A stretch of 64,000 nucleotides of DNA. It comes from Candidatus Kaiserbacteria bacterium. GTDB taxonomy: Bacteria; Patescibacteriota; Minisyncoccia; Phycocordibacterales; UBA2100. The notes under the pieces are model-generated. The model saw only the letters and a list, made by a program, of their open reading frames with translations. It was not told the DNA's origin and did no database searches. Made by a program: the position numbers and the translations under genes. The stretch's first letter is position 1, and each line of letters starts with the position of its first letter. The stretch covers positions 32,284 through 96,283 of the forward strand of contig JACPLC010000001.1 of NCBI GenBank assembly GCA_016186695.1, read 5' to 3'. Positions 55,943-64,000 of the stretch are shown in pieces.

Positions 55943-57334
55943 TCACTCTGCCCATTCGTCGTATTCACCTTCAACGGGGACAGGTCTTCCGAATGGTCGC
56001 AGGTATGCGAGTACACGAAGAAGCGTGTCCTTCATGGTTGCGAGTGTTCGCTGGAGGGCAGAGAGTTGCTGCGGCTGATACTCGGCTTGGCCATAACGGA
56101 GGTCGCCTGAAACAAATGTTTGTTGCGAGGCTGGCGGCATGTATGGGCTGCCGCCTTGTACCTTTGTGCTCGCCGGATTGCTTTCGTCTTGAAGTGTCGC
56201 AATATCTTCCCCACTGATGGCGAGTTCGAATAAGAGGTCGCTTACGGTGCCCGATGGCGTGGAGGTTGGTTCTGCAATGAGTCCGATTTGGTCGATCGCC
56301 GAGAGTGCGCCCGTGGTCGTCGAGGCGCAGGTATTACTTGAAGCAGAGCAGCCCGCTGGACACTTTTGGTATACTTGATCAACACACGTGCTGCTGCGGT
56401 AATAGTAGGTGCTGTTCGAACAATAGAACTGCGGCGGACACGTGCCTGCCGCATAGGGTGTCGTGTTTTGCATGCCGAGCTGCGGTGGTTGCTGGAGCTG
56501 CGGCTGCTGACCTTGTGCAAGTGGTTGTTGGGCTCCTCTGTTTGCAATTGAAGAACACGGGACTTGCCCGCCACCCGGGAGCGGGCACATCTGTTCTTGT
56601 TGCGGACTCAGCATGTTGCGCACCTGCTGACCCAGGCCGAGCGGCGTTGCGGCGCCGCCCATGTCTTGGGGCGAAAAATTTGGGTCAAAACAATTTGTTA
56701 AAGGTACACTTCCACATGTTGACTTTCTGCGTGCACGGCTGTGCGAAAGGGGAACAAAGTGTACTTGGTCTCTGGACCTAAGATAGAAATCGATTCCAAA
56801 CTGGCAGCCGTTATTCCATAACCACGGGTAGTTATTACTGTTTACGTCAATCGCTATGCCGCGAGGGTGCTCGCATTGAGCTCCATGCGTACAAGCAATT
56901 CCACCGCCATTTAAATAACTTCTCGCATATTGATTTTGTTTTTGGGGAGTCCGATAACCTTCGTTGATACATAGTGATATTCCGTTTTGCTGCGCGAATC
57001 TCAGAAACTTCGCTGCACACGATGCAAACTCTGGGTTGAGTTCTCTGATAGTTGTGTCTGGTCCAGCACCTCCGTAGTCTCCGCCGTTGGGACAAAGAAT
57101 ACTTCTCAAGTACTGTTTCGCCTGGCCACTGTCCAGAACAGCTGTTTTAAAATCACTCGGGCATCCCTTTACTCCTGCCGGAGCACCCGCTGAAACCTCG
57201 GCCGATGTTGGCAGTCGAGGATTATCACATGGGAGGCCATCTGTATCCGCAATTGAGAAGTGTGCATAGGAAACAATAACTGCAAACAAAAACCCCGCTC
57301 CAGCGACCAGAACTCCACGGGATTTTGAATACAT
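55943..57334 (-). CDS. secreted Cys-rich M15-family (VanY-like) peptidase
   Basis: INEGYRTPQKQ, EHPRGIAIDV, DQVHF motifs; signal peptide. Confidence 0.8.
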   Translation of the reverse strand: MYSKSRGVLVAGAGFLFAVIVSYAHFSIADTDGLPCDNPRLPTSAEVSAGAPAGVKGCPSDFKTAVLDSGQAKQYLRSILCPNGGDYGGAGPDTTIRELNPEFASCAAKFLRFAQQNGISLCINEGYRTPQKQNQYARSYLNGGGIACTHGAQCEHPRGIAIDVNSNNYPWLWNNGCQFGIDFYLRSRDQVHFVPLSHSRARRKSTCGSVPLTNCFDPNFSPQDMGGAATPLGLGQQVRNMLSPQQEQMCPLPGGGQVPCSSIANRGAQQPLAQGQQPQLQQPPQLGMQNTTPYAAGTCPPQFYCSNSTYYYRSSTCVDQVYQKCPAGCSASSNTCASTTTGALSAIDQIGLIAEPTSTPSGTVSDLLFELAISGEDIATLQDESNPASTKVQGGSPYMPPASQQTFVSGDLRYGQAEYQPQQLSALQRTLATMKDTLLRVLAYLRPFGRPVPVEGEYDEWAE

Positions 57335-57388
57335 AATGTCAAGTATACCGAAGAAAAGTCTATCGATTTTTTGACTTGTGGACGCGGT

Positions 57389-58165
57389 TTACGGAAGACT
57401 CTCGCAGACCTTTCCGTCGCCGTCAGCGTCGAGTTTGTGGATGTCGTTCCCGCTGCCACCGCACGATTCGAATGCTGTTTGTGCCTCTGCCTGTGTCGCG
57501 AAGTCGCCGCAATTGTACGCGTTTCTTGAGCATTCATATTGAGCGTTTGGAGTCGTGTTACTGAAAACTGACACCTGACCACTGACACCTGATTCAGTGC
57601 ACGCGTCATCGGCCCAGAGGCCACGTTTCTCGAGACGCGCCTTGTCTTCTGCCGTCTTGAAATCCGCCTGATATTTGTATGGGAGATTGTAGGTATATTC
57701 ATGCCCGTAACCTTCGACGATGAGATACTCTGCAACATTCATGCCACTTGAGAGGAAGGCGTAGGCGAGAAGTCTGCCGTACTTGTCCAATTCTCCTTGC
57801 GTTGGATCGGTTTCGAGCCGCACCGATGAGCTCGCCATAATTTGTTTCGCCTTCTTGGACGCTTCTTTCCCAAAGCACTGCACCGGCTTTCGCGGATCGA
57901 CGGTTTCCGGCGTATCGAGTCCGATGAGCCGTACGGTCACGTTTTTTCCATCTTTCAAAATAGCGAACGTGTCGCCGTCGATAACTTTTGCGACCGGATA
58001 CCACCGGTATTCCGAACTGTCCGTTGTGGATGTAGTAGTTGCTGTTTCGAGCAGGGGAGTCGGAGTTTCGCTGGCGCGCTCCGGCACATTAGACGTGGCT
58101 CCAAAGTAAAACCCGAGTGCAAATGCGACGATGAGTCCGGCGAGAATAAAAGCAGGTACTCTCAT
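57389..58165 (-). CDS. thermonuclease (SNase) with C-terminal Excalibur Ca-binding domain
   Basis: VIDGDT, VRLIGLDTPE, DKYGRLLAY, RGLW; NCGDFATQAEAQ...LDADGDGKVCE. Confidence 0.93.
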   Translation of the reverse strand: MRVPAFILAGLIVAFALGFYFGATSNVPERASETPTPLLETATTTSTTDSSEYRWYPVAKVIDGDTFAILKDGKNVTVRLIGLDTPETVDPRKPVQCFGKEASKKAKQIMASSSVRLETDPTQGELDKYGRLLAYAFLSSGMNVAEYLIVEGYGHEYTYNLPYKYQADFKTAEDKARLEKRGLWADDACTESGVSGQVSVFSNTTPNAQYECSRNAYNCGDFATQAEAQTAFESCGGSGNDIHKLDADGDGKVCESLP

Positions 58166-58340
58166 CCCGACATTGTAGCGAAAGAGCTTCGGCGGTACTA
58201 TGCCTGTACACACGAAATGGCATGGGAACGAACCCTATAAAATATGATATTGATGGTATCTCGATGCGCGCTGAGCGTAGAATGCGTTTTTGCCTGTTGC
58301 GAGAGCAACAATGCCATTTCGTGTGACAGGTATGACGCGA

Positions 58341-58775
58341 ATGGCAGAACTCGTTCGTCTTGAAACCGCGGATGAAGGGACTCTTCGCGATATCAATGCT
58401 CTGTTGAAAGAACTTTCACAGTCGCCCGAAAAGAGAGAATGTTCGCTTGAGTTGTTGCAGATGATTACGAAAAGCCCGGAATCAGAATTATGGACGGTGC
58501 AAGAGTCTGGCTCGATACTTGGCATGGCAACGCTCGTGGTCGTCATGAAGCCGGGAGGAATTACGGCACGCGTAGAAGATGTTGTCGTGCACGAGAACGT
58601 GCGGGGGAAAGGGTTTGGGCGGATGCTCATGGAAAAGGTAATCGAGCGAGCGCGCGCGCGAGGTGCCACGATGGCACAGCTCAACAGTCGTCCTTCTCGT
58701 GGAGCAGCCAATGCGCTCTACCAGAAACTCGGTTTCAAGAAACACGAAACGAATTCGTATTACCTGAACCTCTAA
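58341..58775 (+). CDS. GNAT acetyltransferase
   Basis: VEDVVVHENVRGKGFGRMLM; ANALYQKLGF. Confidence 0.9.
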   Translation: MAELVRLETADEGTLRDINALLKELSQSPEKRECSLELLQMITKSPESELWTVQESGSILGMATLVVVMKPGGITARVEDVVVHENVRGKGFGRMLMEKVIERARARGATMAQLNSRPSRGAANALYQKLGFKKHETNSYYLNL

Positions 58776-58839
58776 AAAGCGGGGCGCGCCGGAGAACAAC
58801 TCTCCGCCGCGCCCTCGAATGTCGCAGTCTTTGTTGGCC

Positions 58840-59112
58840 TCAGTTGGCTGGAGCACTAATTGTGTCGAGCCCCTTGAGTCTTTCGACCGCGTTTGCGAGT
58901 CGGTTATCGGCCTCGTAGTGACTCTTCGGAAATCGATCGCGTGCATCGCGTAATTCTCGTGTTACCGCTTGCGTCTCACCGGGGAATATCCCGCCGGTGG
59001 TGATATTAACGGTCTCTACAAGCCGGCAAAGAGCACAGAAATCGGATGGGGTCTCCATTTTGAAATAGGGATTAGCTTGTCCGAAAAGACGCGCCACAGC
59101 TAACATTTTCAT
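58840..59112 (-). CDS. hypothetical protein
   Basis: Fills the gap; no motif. Confidence 0.4.
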   Translation of the reverse strand: MKMLAVARLFGQANPYFKMETPSDFCALCRLVETVNITTGGIFPGETQAVTRELRDARDRFPKSHYEADNRLANAVERLKGLDTISAPAN

Positions 59113-59237
59113 GGAATTGCTCCCTAGCTTTGTGCGGCAGCAGTACACCACGTACTGCGCTTTAACCACTATCTATTGTCTCAAACAGAGAGTCAACGCG
59201 TGACCGCGAGATTCTTATCGCGTACGATGAGTATTTC

Positions 59238-60668
59238 ATGCGATACGTTTCGACCCGGGGAAAGGTAGAGCCGTTCGACTTCGCTCACGACAAGCCGAAG
59301 GGGTTTTCGGAGATTTTGCTTGAAGGGCTTGCGGCCGATGGGGGTTTGTACGTACCGGAAGCATACCCGCAGGTTTATGCAGATGAACTTACCGCGATGC
59401 GCAGGATGACATATCCGGAGCTTGCGTTCGCGATACTCTCGAAATATGCGGACGATATTCTGGCAGACGATTTGCGAAGCATCGTGAACGAGACGTATAC
59501 GAAAGAAAACTTTGGAAGTGAAGAGGTTGCTCCGATAAAAAAGCTTGAAGAGAATTTTTATCTCCTTGATCTTTGCCAAGGTTCCACGCTCGCGTTCAAA
59601 GATATGGCGCTGCAATTTCTCGGACGCTTGTTCGAGTATGCGCTTGAGAAAAAAAAAGAAACGCTGAATATCCTCGGCGCAACATCAGGTGACACAGGCT
59701 CTTCGGCTGAATATGCGATGAGCGGGAGACGCGGCATGAATGTTTTCATGCTTTCACCGCTCGGGCGTACGAGCGAGTTCCAGCGCAGGCAGATGTATAC
59801 ACTGCAGGACAAAAATATTTTCAACGTCGCCATCCGCGGCACGTTCGACGATTGTCAGGACATAGTGAAGCAGATAAACGGGGACGCGGAATTCAAAAAG
59901 AAATATCACCTCGGCGCGGTGAATTCGATCAATTGGGCGCGGATCGCCGGGCAAGTCGTCTACTATTTCTGGGGGTACTTTAAAGCCACGAAGACGAACA
60001 GCGAGTCAGTTTCGTTCTCTGTGCCGACGGGAAACTTCGGCAACATCCTCGCAGGGTATGTCGCAAAACGCATGGGATTGCCGATTAAACATCTGATTCT
60101 TGCGACCAATGAAAACAACGTGCTCGAAGAGTTTTTCAAAACTGGTTTGTATCGCCCAAGAATCGGGAAGGAAGTGCATGCAACCTCGAGTCCTTCGATG
60201 GACATTTCCAAGGCTTCGAATTTCGAGCGGTATGTGTTCGATTTCGTCGGTTGTGACGCGAAGCGCATTTCGGAGCTTTGGGGGAATTTGAACAAAAAGG
60301 GCTCATTTGAGATTTCCAATAGTGAACGCACACATATCAGTGAAGATGGATTTATCGCCGGTTCAAGCACGCATGCGAATCGGCTTGCGACAATTCGTTC
60401 TATCTTAGAGAAGTACAATGTTCTTATTGATCCGCACACGGCCGACGGTGTAAAAGTAGGACTCGAACACCGCGAAAGAGAAGTTCCTCTTGTGTGTCTC
60501 GAAACTGCGCAGCCTGTGAAATTTGCCGCAACCATCCGCGAGGCCACAGGCCAAGAGACAACGGTGCCCACGCGCTTTGAGAAGTTTCGTGATTTGCCGG
60601 AACGATTTACCGCTCTTGATCCAAATACCAATGAAATCAAGGCCTTTATTGCCTCGGCGCTTCATTGA
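59238..60668 (+). CDS. thrC: threonine synthase (with 8-aa repeat-derived insertion)
   Basis: GLAADGGLYVP, TLAFKDMALQ (PLP Lys), ATSGDTG, NSINWARI, VPTGNFGN, DPHTA. Confidence 0.95.
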   Translation: MRYVSTRGKVEPFDFAHDKPKGFSEILLEGLAADGGLYVPEAYPQVYADELTAMRRMTYPELAFAILSKYADDILADDLRSIVNETYTKENFGSEEVAPIKKLEENFYLLDLCQGSTLAFKDMALQFLGRLFEYALEKKKETLNILGATSGDTGSSAEYAMSGRRGMNVFMLSPLGRTSEFQRRQMYTLQDKNIFNVAIRGTFDDCQDIVKQINGDAEFKKKYHLGAVNSINWARIAGQVVYYFWGYFKATKTNSESVSFSVPTGNFGNILAGYVAKRMGLPIKHLILATNENNVLEEFFKTGLYRPRIGKEVHATSSPSMDISKASNFERYVFDFVGCDAKRISELWGNLNKKGSFEISNSERTHISEDGFIAGSSTHANRLATIRSILEKYNVLIDPHTADGVKVGLEHREREVPLVCLETAQPVKFAATIREATGQETTVPTRFEKFRDLPERFTALDPNTNEIKAFIASALH

Positions 60669-60728
60669 CCCCTCCACATATTTGTGGCCTAGACAGGTGC
60701 TCGACCTTGCTCTTTGTATAATCAAACT

Positions 60729-61409
60729 ATGAATAAAGCGGTTGTCATCGCGGCTCTTCTTGTAGTGCTTGGGGGCGGCTATGCGCTTTATAAAGGATTA
60801 ACGCGACTGCCGGCTGTTTCGAATATCCTGCCCGGGGTCCAAGTCGCGACTGCGACGGAGCGTGAGGATACGGATACGTTCACCGTTGATGCAAAGTATC
60901 CACAGTTCGGGATCGCTTCGATCGACGCGGATATTAAAGCAACTGTTGAAGGTGCGGTAACAGAATTCAAAAATGACACGGCCGCAGGTCCGCCTCCTCC
61001 TGATTCGGCAGTCACGCAGTATGAGTTTCAAAGCATGTTTGATTTAGCATACGTCGGCGCGGATGTGGTAAGTGCTAAGCTCGTCGTCTCGACGTACATG
61101 GGAGGAGCACATTCCAACGCAGCCATCTATGGACTGAATTACAATCGGGAAACGGGGAATAGACTTACGCTCGACGACGCGCTTTCGATGGTCGGTCTCT
61201 CACTCGAGGAAGTCGCAGAGAGAGCGAAGACAGAGCTTAATGCCAAACTCGGTACCGACATTATTTCCCCAGAAGGCGCAGACCCGACACCGGAGAATTA
61301 CAGCACATTCATTGTGAGTCCAGACCAGGTAACCTTTATCTTTCAGGTATATCAAATTGCGCCATACGCTGCCGGTCCGCAGGAAGTTTCGTTTGCACGA
61401 GTTGAGTAA
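60729..61409 (+). CDS. RsiV/DUF3298-like secreted protein
   Basis: N-terminal TM helix; YMGGAH; FQVYQIAPYAAGP. Confidence 0.8.
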   Translation: MNKAVVIAALLVVLGGGYALYKGLTRLPAVSNILPGVQVATATEREDTDTFTVDAKYPQFGIASIDADIKATVEGAVTEFKNDTAAGPPPPDSAVTQYEFQSMFDLAYVGADVVSAKLVVSTYMGGAHSNAAIYGLNYNRETGNRLTLDDALSMVGLSLEEVAERAKTELNAKLGTDIISPEGADPTPENYSTFIVSPDQVTFIFQVYQIAPYAAGPQEVSFARVE

Positions 61410-61765
61410 AAAAAGTTCACCTTTTCTTCATGTGAAATGGGTAGTGTCAGAACATATGAGACACAAGCTTCACATTCGTGCATTTTTCAGAAAAGATTCA
61501 GAGCATAGGCAGGCAAAAGTCTACGATCCTCCAGTGGAACCTGATCGCGTGTTGGATACCGAGCACAATGAGATTGTGCCGCCCGAGGGGCTCTCGAGAA
61601 AGCCACTAAAGAAAAGGTTGTTTCGAGCGATGATCAAGGGTTGGAAGTCCTTCACCCCGTATTCGTGACACCTCGGTTGTTTAGGTGAGATGCGGGAAGA
61701 AGGTTAGAACCTATGAATAAAGAAATGAGTGGGCGCGACCGAAGCCGCGCCCAAATTTGTTTTGT

Positions 61766-62884
61766 TCAAAGCGGCAATCTAACCGCTTTGTATGTTGATC
61801 GAAGATCCGAAGGTGAAAAGACGATCTGTCCGACCGTCATTCGCTTCGAGCGGAAACCACCCGCACACGCGTTGAAGAGGTACTCGTACTTGCGGTACTC
61901 CTCCAGCCCGTACTTGGCGATGATAGCTGCACGATTTTTGCGCAGATTTTCATACCAAGCCATGAGCGTCTTGTCGTAGTCCTCGCCGAAGTACTCCTCG
62001 TCGAGAATATAGAGTACACCCTCGGCGTCTCGACGCAGGCGCCCCAACTCGACGAACATACCGCCAGACCAAATGTACTTGTCGGTCCACGGATCTCGCG
62101 TCGCTCTTCTAGTGAGGTCGACGATGCCTTGCAGGACAAACAGTCCGTCTGGAGGAAGCACGTCTCGCACTTTTTCAAGGTACTCACGGTAGTGTCTCCG
62201 TCCGACGTGCTCGATCATGCCTATCGAAATGACCCGGTCGAACTTCTCATCGAGGTCGTGGTAGTCCTGGCGGCGGAATTCAACAGGCAAATAACCATAG
62301 GTCTTACGGGCATGAGCTAGTTGCTCCTCTGCAACGTTGATTCCGACCCCTCTCACTCCGAAGTTCTCTGCCGCGTAAGCCAAGGTGCCGCCCCATCCGC
62401 ACCCAATGTCGAGAAGGCGTTGTCCCTGTTGCAGTTGTGCCTTGCGACACACGAGGTGCATTTTCTGCACTTCTGCATCGTCCACGGTCGACACTCCGTC
62501 CCATCGCAGACACGTGTAGTTGTTGTGTTTGCCAAGGAACGTGAAGAAGAAGTTGCGGTCGAGGTCGTAGTGCGATTCAGCGCCACGACGAGAGTAGATC
62601 TTGCTCCGCAAGCCCATGAGTGCCTCACGAAGCTTGATACGCCACACTCCTGCACGCGGCATCAGATCTGTGAGGCCTGAGCCGAGGAATTTGCAAAAGA
62701 ACATGTCGAGTCGTTCGCAGCCCCACCATCTCTCGACGTAGGATTCCCCAAGTCCGATGGAGCCCTTCAGCATAAAGCGAAGATAGAATCGCTCGTCGTG
62801 AATTTGCGGATCCCATGGATTGGGACCATTGCACTCGATTCCAGCCCCCCGAAGGAAATGCTGGACGACGTGCTTTGCCATCAT
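61766..62884 (-). CDS. cfa: cyclopropane fatty-acyl-phospholipid synthase
   Basis: GLGESYV, HYDL, LLDIGCGWGG, ISIGMIEHVG, YDKTLMAW, CAGGF. Confidence 0.93.
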   Translation of the reverse strand: MMAKHVVQHFLRGAGIECNGPNPWDPQIHDERFYLRFMLKGSIGLGESYVERWWGCERLDMFFCKFLGSGLTDLMPRAGVWRIKLREALMGLRSKIYSRRGAESHYDLDRNFFFTFLGKHNNYTCLRWDGVSTVDDAEVQKMHLVCRKAQLQQGQRLLDIGCGWGGTLAYAAENFGVRGVGINVAEEQLAHARKTYGYLPVEFRRQDYHDLDEKFDRVISIGMIEHVGRRHYREYLEKVRDVLPPDGLFVLQGIVDLTRRATRDPWTDKYIWSGGMFVELGRLRRDAEGVLYILDEEYFGEDYDKTLMAWYENLRKNRAAIIAKYGLEEYRKYEYLFNACAGGFRSKRMTVGQIVFSPSDLRSTYKAVRLPL

Positions 62885-63003
62885 GGCAACCTCCTGGGTT
62901 GAAGCCGGATACTATTGTCCGAACAGAGCATATCACGCTACACAAAAAACAATCCAATCTCCAGCTCTTTCAAAAGTTCTGTACCGTTCTATGTCGGTAC
63001 CTG

Positions 63004-63243
63004 CTAGAGAAGATGTTTGCGAGCGAACGCAAAACCGGAGCCTTGTTTTAAGTATTTTTCGAACTTGAGAGCCAGTTGTTTAGTCGGAAAGGCACAAAAC
63101 CATTTCAGTACGTAGGGACGTTTCGAATTAGAATATTTTGCTTTGCCACTGTTATGCTCAGCAACACGTTGTTTGACGTTCTCGGTTGAGCCAACGTAAA
63201 GGCTCTCGTCCTTCCTACTTTGTAAGATGTAAACGAAGTACAT
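63004..63243 (-). CDS. small stand-alone GIY-YIG nuclease
   Basis: FVYIL...YVGST...RVAEHNSG...ALKFEKYLK. Confidence 0.92.
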   Translation of the reverse strand: MYFVYILQSRKDESLYVGSTENVKQRVAEHNSGKAKYSNSKRPYVLKWFCAFPTKQLALKFEKYLKQGSGFAFARKHLL

Positions 63244-63257
63244 TCGTGAATTATAGC

Positions 63258-63410
63258 TCTGCTTCGCATAAAGCTTCGCAGAACAGGTCCTACTTCGCTC
63301 CTGACGGAGCTACGAAGGACACTGCTTCGTTGCAAACAAAAATAGCTACCCTATGTCGAGCAGCTATTGTTGTGCCAGTGCTTGCACTGCGAAGCCTTGG
63401 CGAAGCAGTG
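63258..63410. repeat. cluster of CTTCG-stem-GCT(T/A)CG palindromes between the GIY-YIG gene and tmRNA
   Basis: CTGCTTCGCATAAAGCTTCGCAG; GTCCTACTTCGCTCCTGACGGAGCTACGAAGGAC; CACTGCGAAGCCTTGGCGAAGCAGTG. Confidence 0.7.
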
Positions 63411-63765
63411 GAGGTGGGGGGAATTGAACCCCCGTCCAGAGAAAAACAGTATGTATGCTTCTACGATGCGTAGATCATCTTGAGGTTTAAATAGCGCGCG
63501 TAAAAGATGAACCAAATCGCGCGATATCGAGTCCTTGTCTTAGATATCGTTTGGACATTCGACATCAGTGCTTGAGAGAAGTGACGCCCGACGGATTCTA
63601 CTCAAGCGTCGAATCCGTGGACGGCCTGTCGAGGCTGTTTTAAGCGTACGCAGGCGCAAATGCTACTTTGTTCGCATTTGAATTTGTGCAGCGAGTTTGG
63701 AAAGCGTGCTGCAGCTTTGCATGCACACACATATGTCGATTTCCCTGTCGAAGCCAGTCACCCCC
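63408..63765 (-). ncRNA. ssrA: tmRNA
   Basis: 5' GGGGGTGA, 3' GGTTCAATTCCCCCCACCTCCAC with a G3-U70 pair; tag (A)NKVAFAPAYA* at 63640-63675; next to smpB. Confidence 0.95.
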
Positions 63766-63807
63766 GAAAAGCGCACTTCACTTCGCTTTTCACGAACGGC
63801 TGACCTC

Positions 63808-64000
63808 TCAATATTTCTTTTTCAACGTGCGTTCGATCCGGCGTTTCTCCTCGCGGGCCCGTATCGTATGACGTTTGTCTTCTTTTTTCTTTCCGCGGGC
63901 TATCGCGATCGCAAGCTTCAGTAGTCGCCCGCGATTGTACACCGAAATTGGCACGATTGTCAAGCCTTTTTCTCTCTCCGCAGAGGCGATACGGGCAATT
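63808..64000 (-). CDS. smpB: SsrA-binding protein (3' part; start outside window)
   Basis: KGLTIVPISVY...LKLAIAIARGKKKEDKRHTIR. Confidence 0.93.
   Translation of the reverse strand, partial: IARIASAEREKGLTIVPISVYNRGRLLKLAIAIARGKKKEDKRHTIRAREEKRRIERTLKKKY

Noticed and set aside
61357-61668. 103-aa ORF between the RsiV-like gene and cfa
   Set aside because: No motif and an uncertain start; a small gene is possible but cannot be supported.
63408-63440. tRNA-Ala 3' half
   Set aside because: It is the tRNA-like domain of tmRNA; the matching 5' end and the tag ORF are present.

Overview
About 64 kb of a small-genome bacterial chromosome using genetic code 11. It most likely belongs to Patescibacteria/CPR (Parcubacteria-like): rpmD (L30) is absent between rpsE and rplO, most core genes lack Shine-Dalgarno sites and start in a TATG context, ComEC is split, and there are giant peptidoglycan-binding/PKD surface proteins and a stand-alone VirD4/TrwB-like ATPase. 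The window carries the str-S10-spc ribosomal superoperon, broken up by inserted surface and accessory genes. It also holds infC-rpmI-rplT, rpmB, recJ, rnhA, sod, purD, thrC, cfa, ndk, tmRNA with part of smpB, and a probable short 6S RNA. Most notable observations: (1) two related 138-149 nt hairpin elements sit exactly at the start codons of rplV and rplO. They share termini (ATGCCCGGTAGT...TACTAACCGGGTATG), have different but still-paired inner stems and a bulged A, and each encodes an MPGS-starting peptide ending at the host start codon. (2) Several families of small palindromic elements are inserted in-frame into conserved proteins (SOD, S10, S3, L15, ThrC). (3) fusA has a deletion of about 35 codons plus a frameshift. 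(4) A repeated TGCTCGGGGAATTC motif bounds accessory modules between tuf and rpsJ. (5) Heptamer arrays flank a four-helix-bundle gene and also occur as orphans. All calls come from reading the sequence and recognising motifs; no searches were run.
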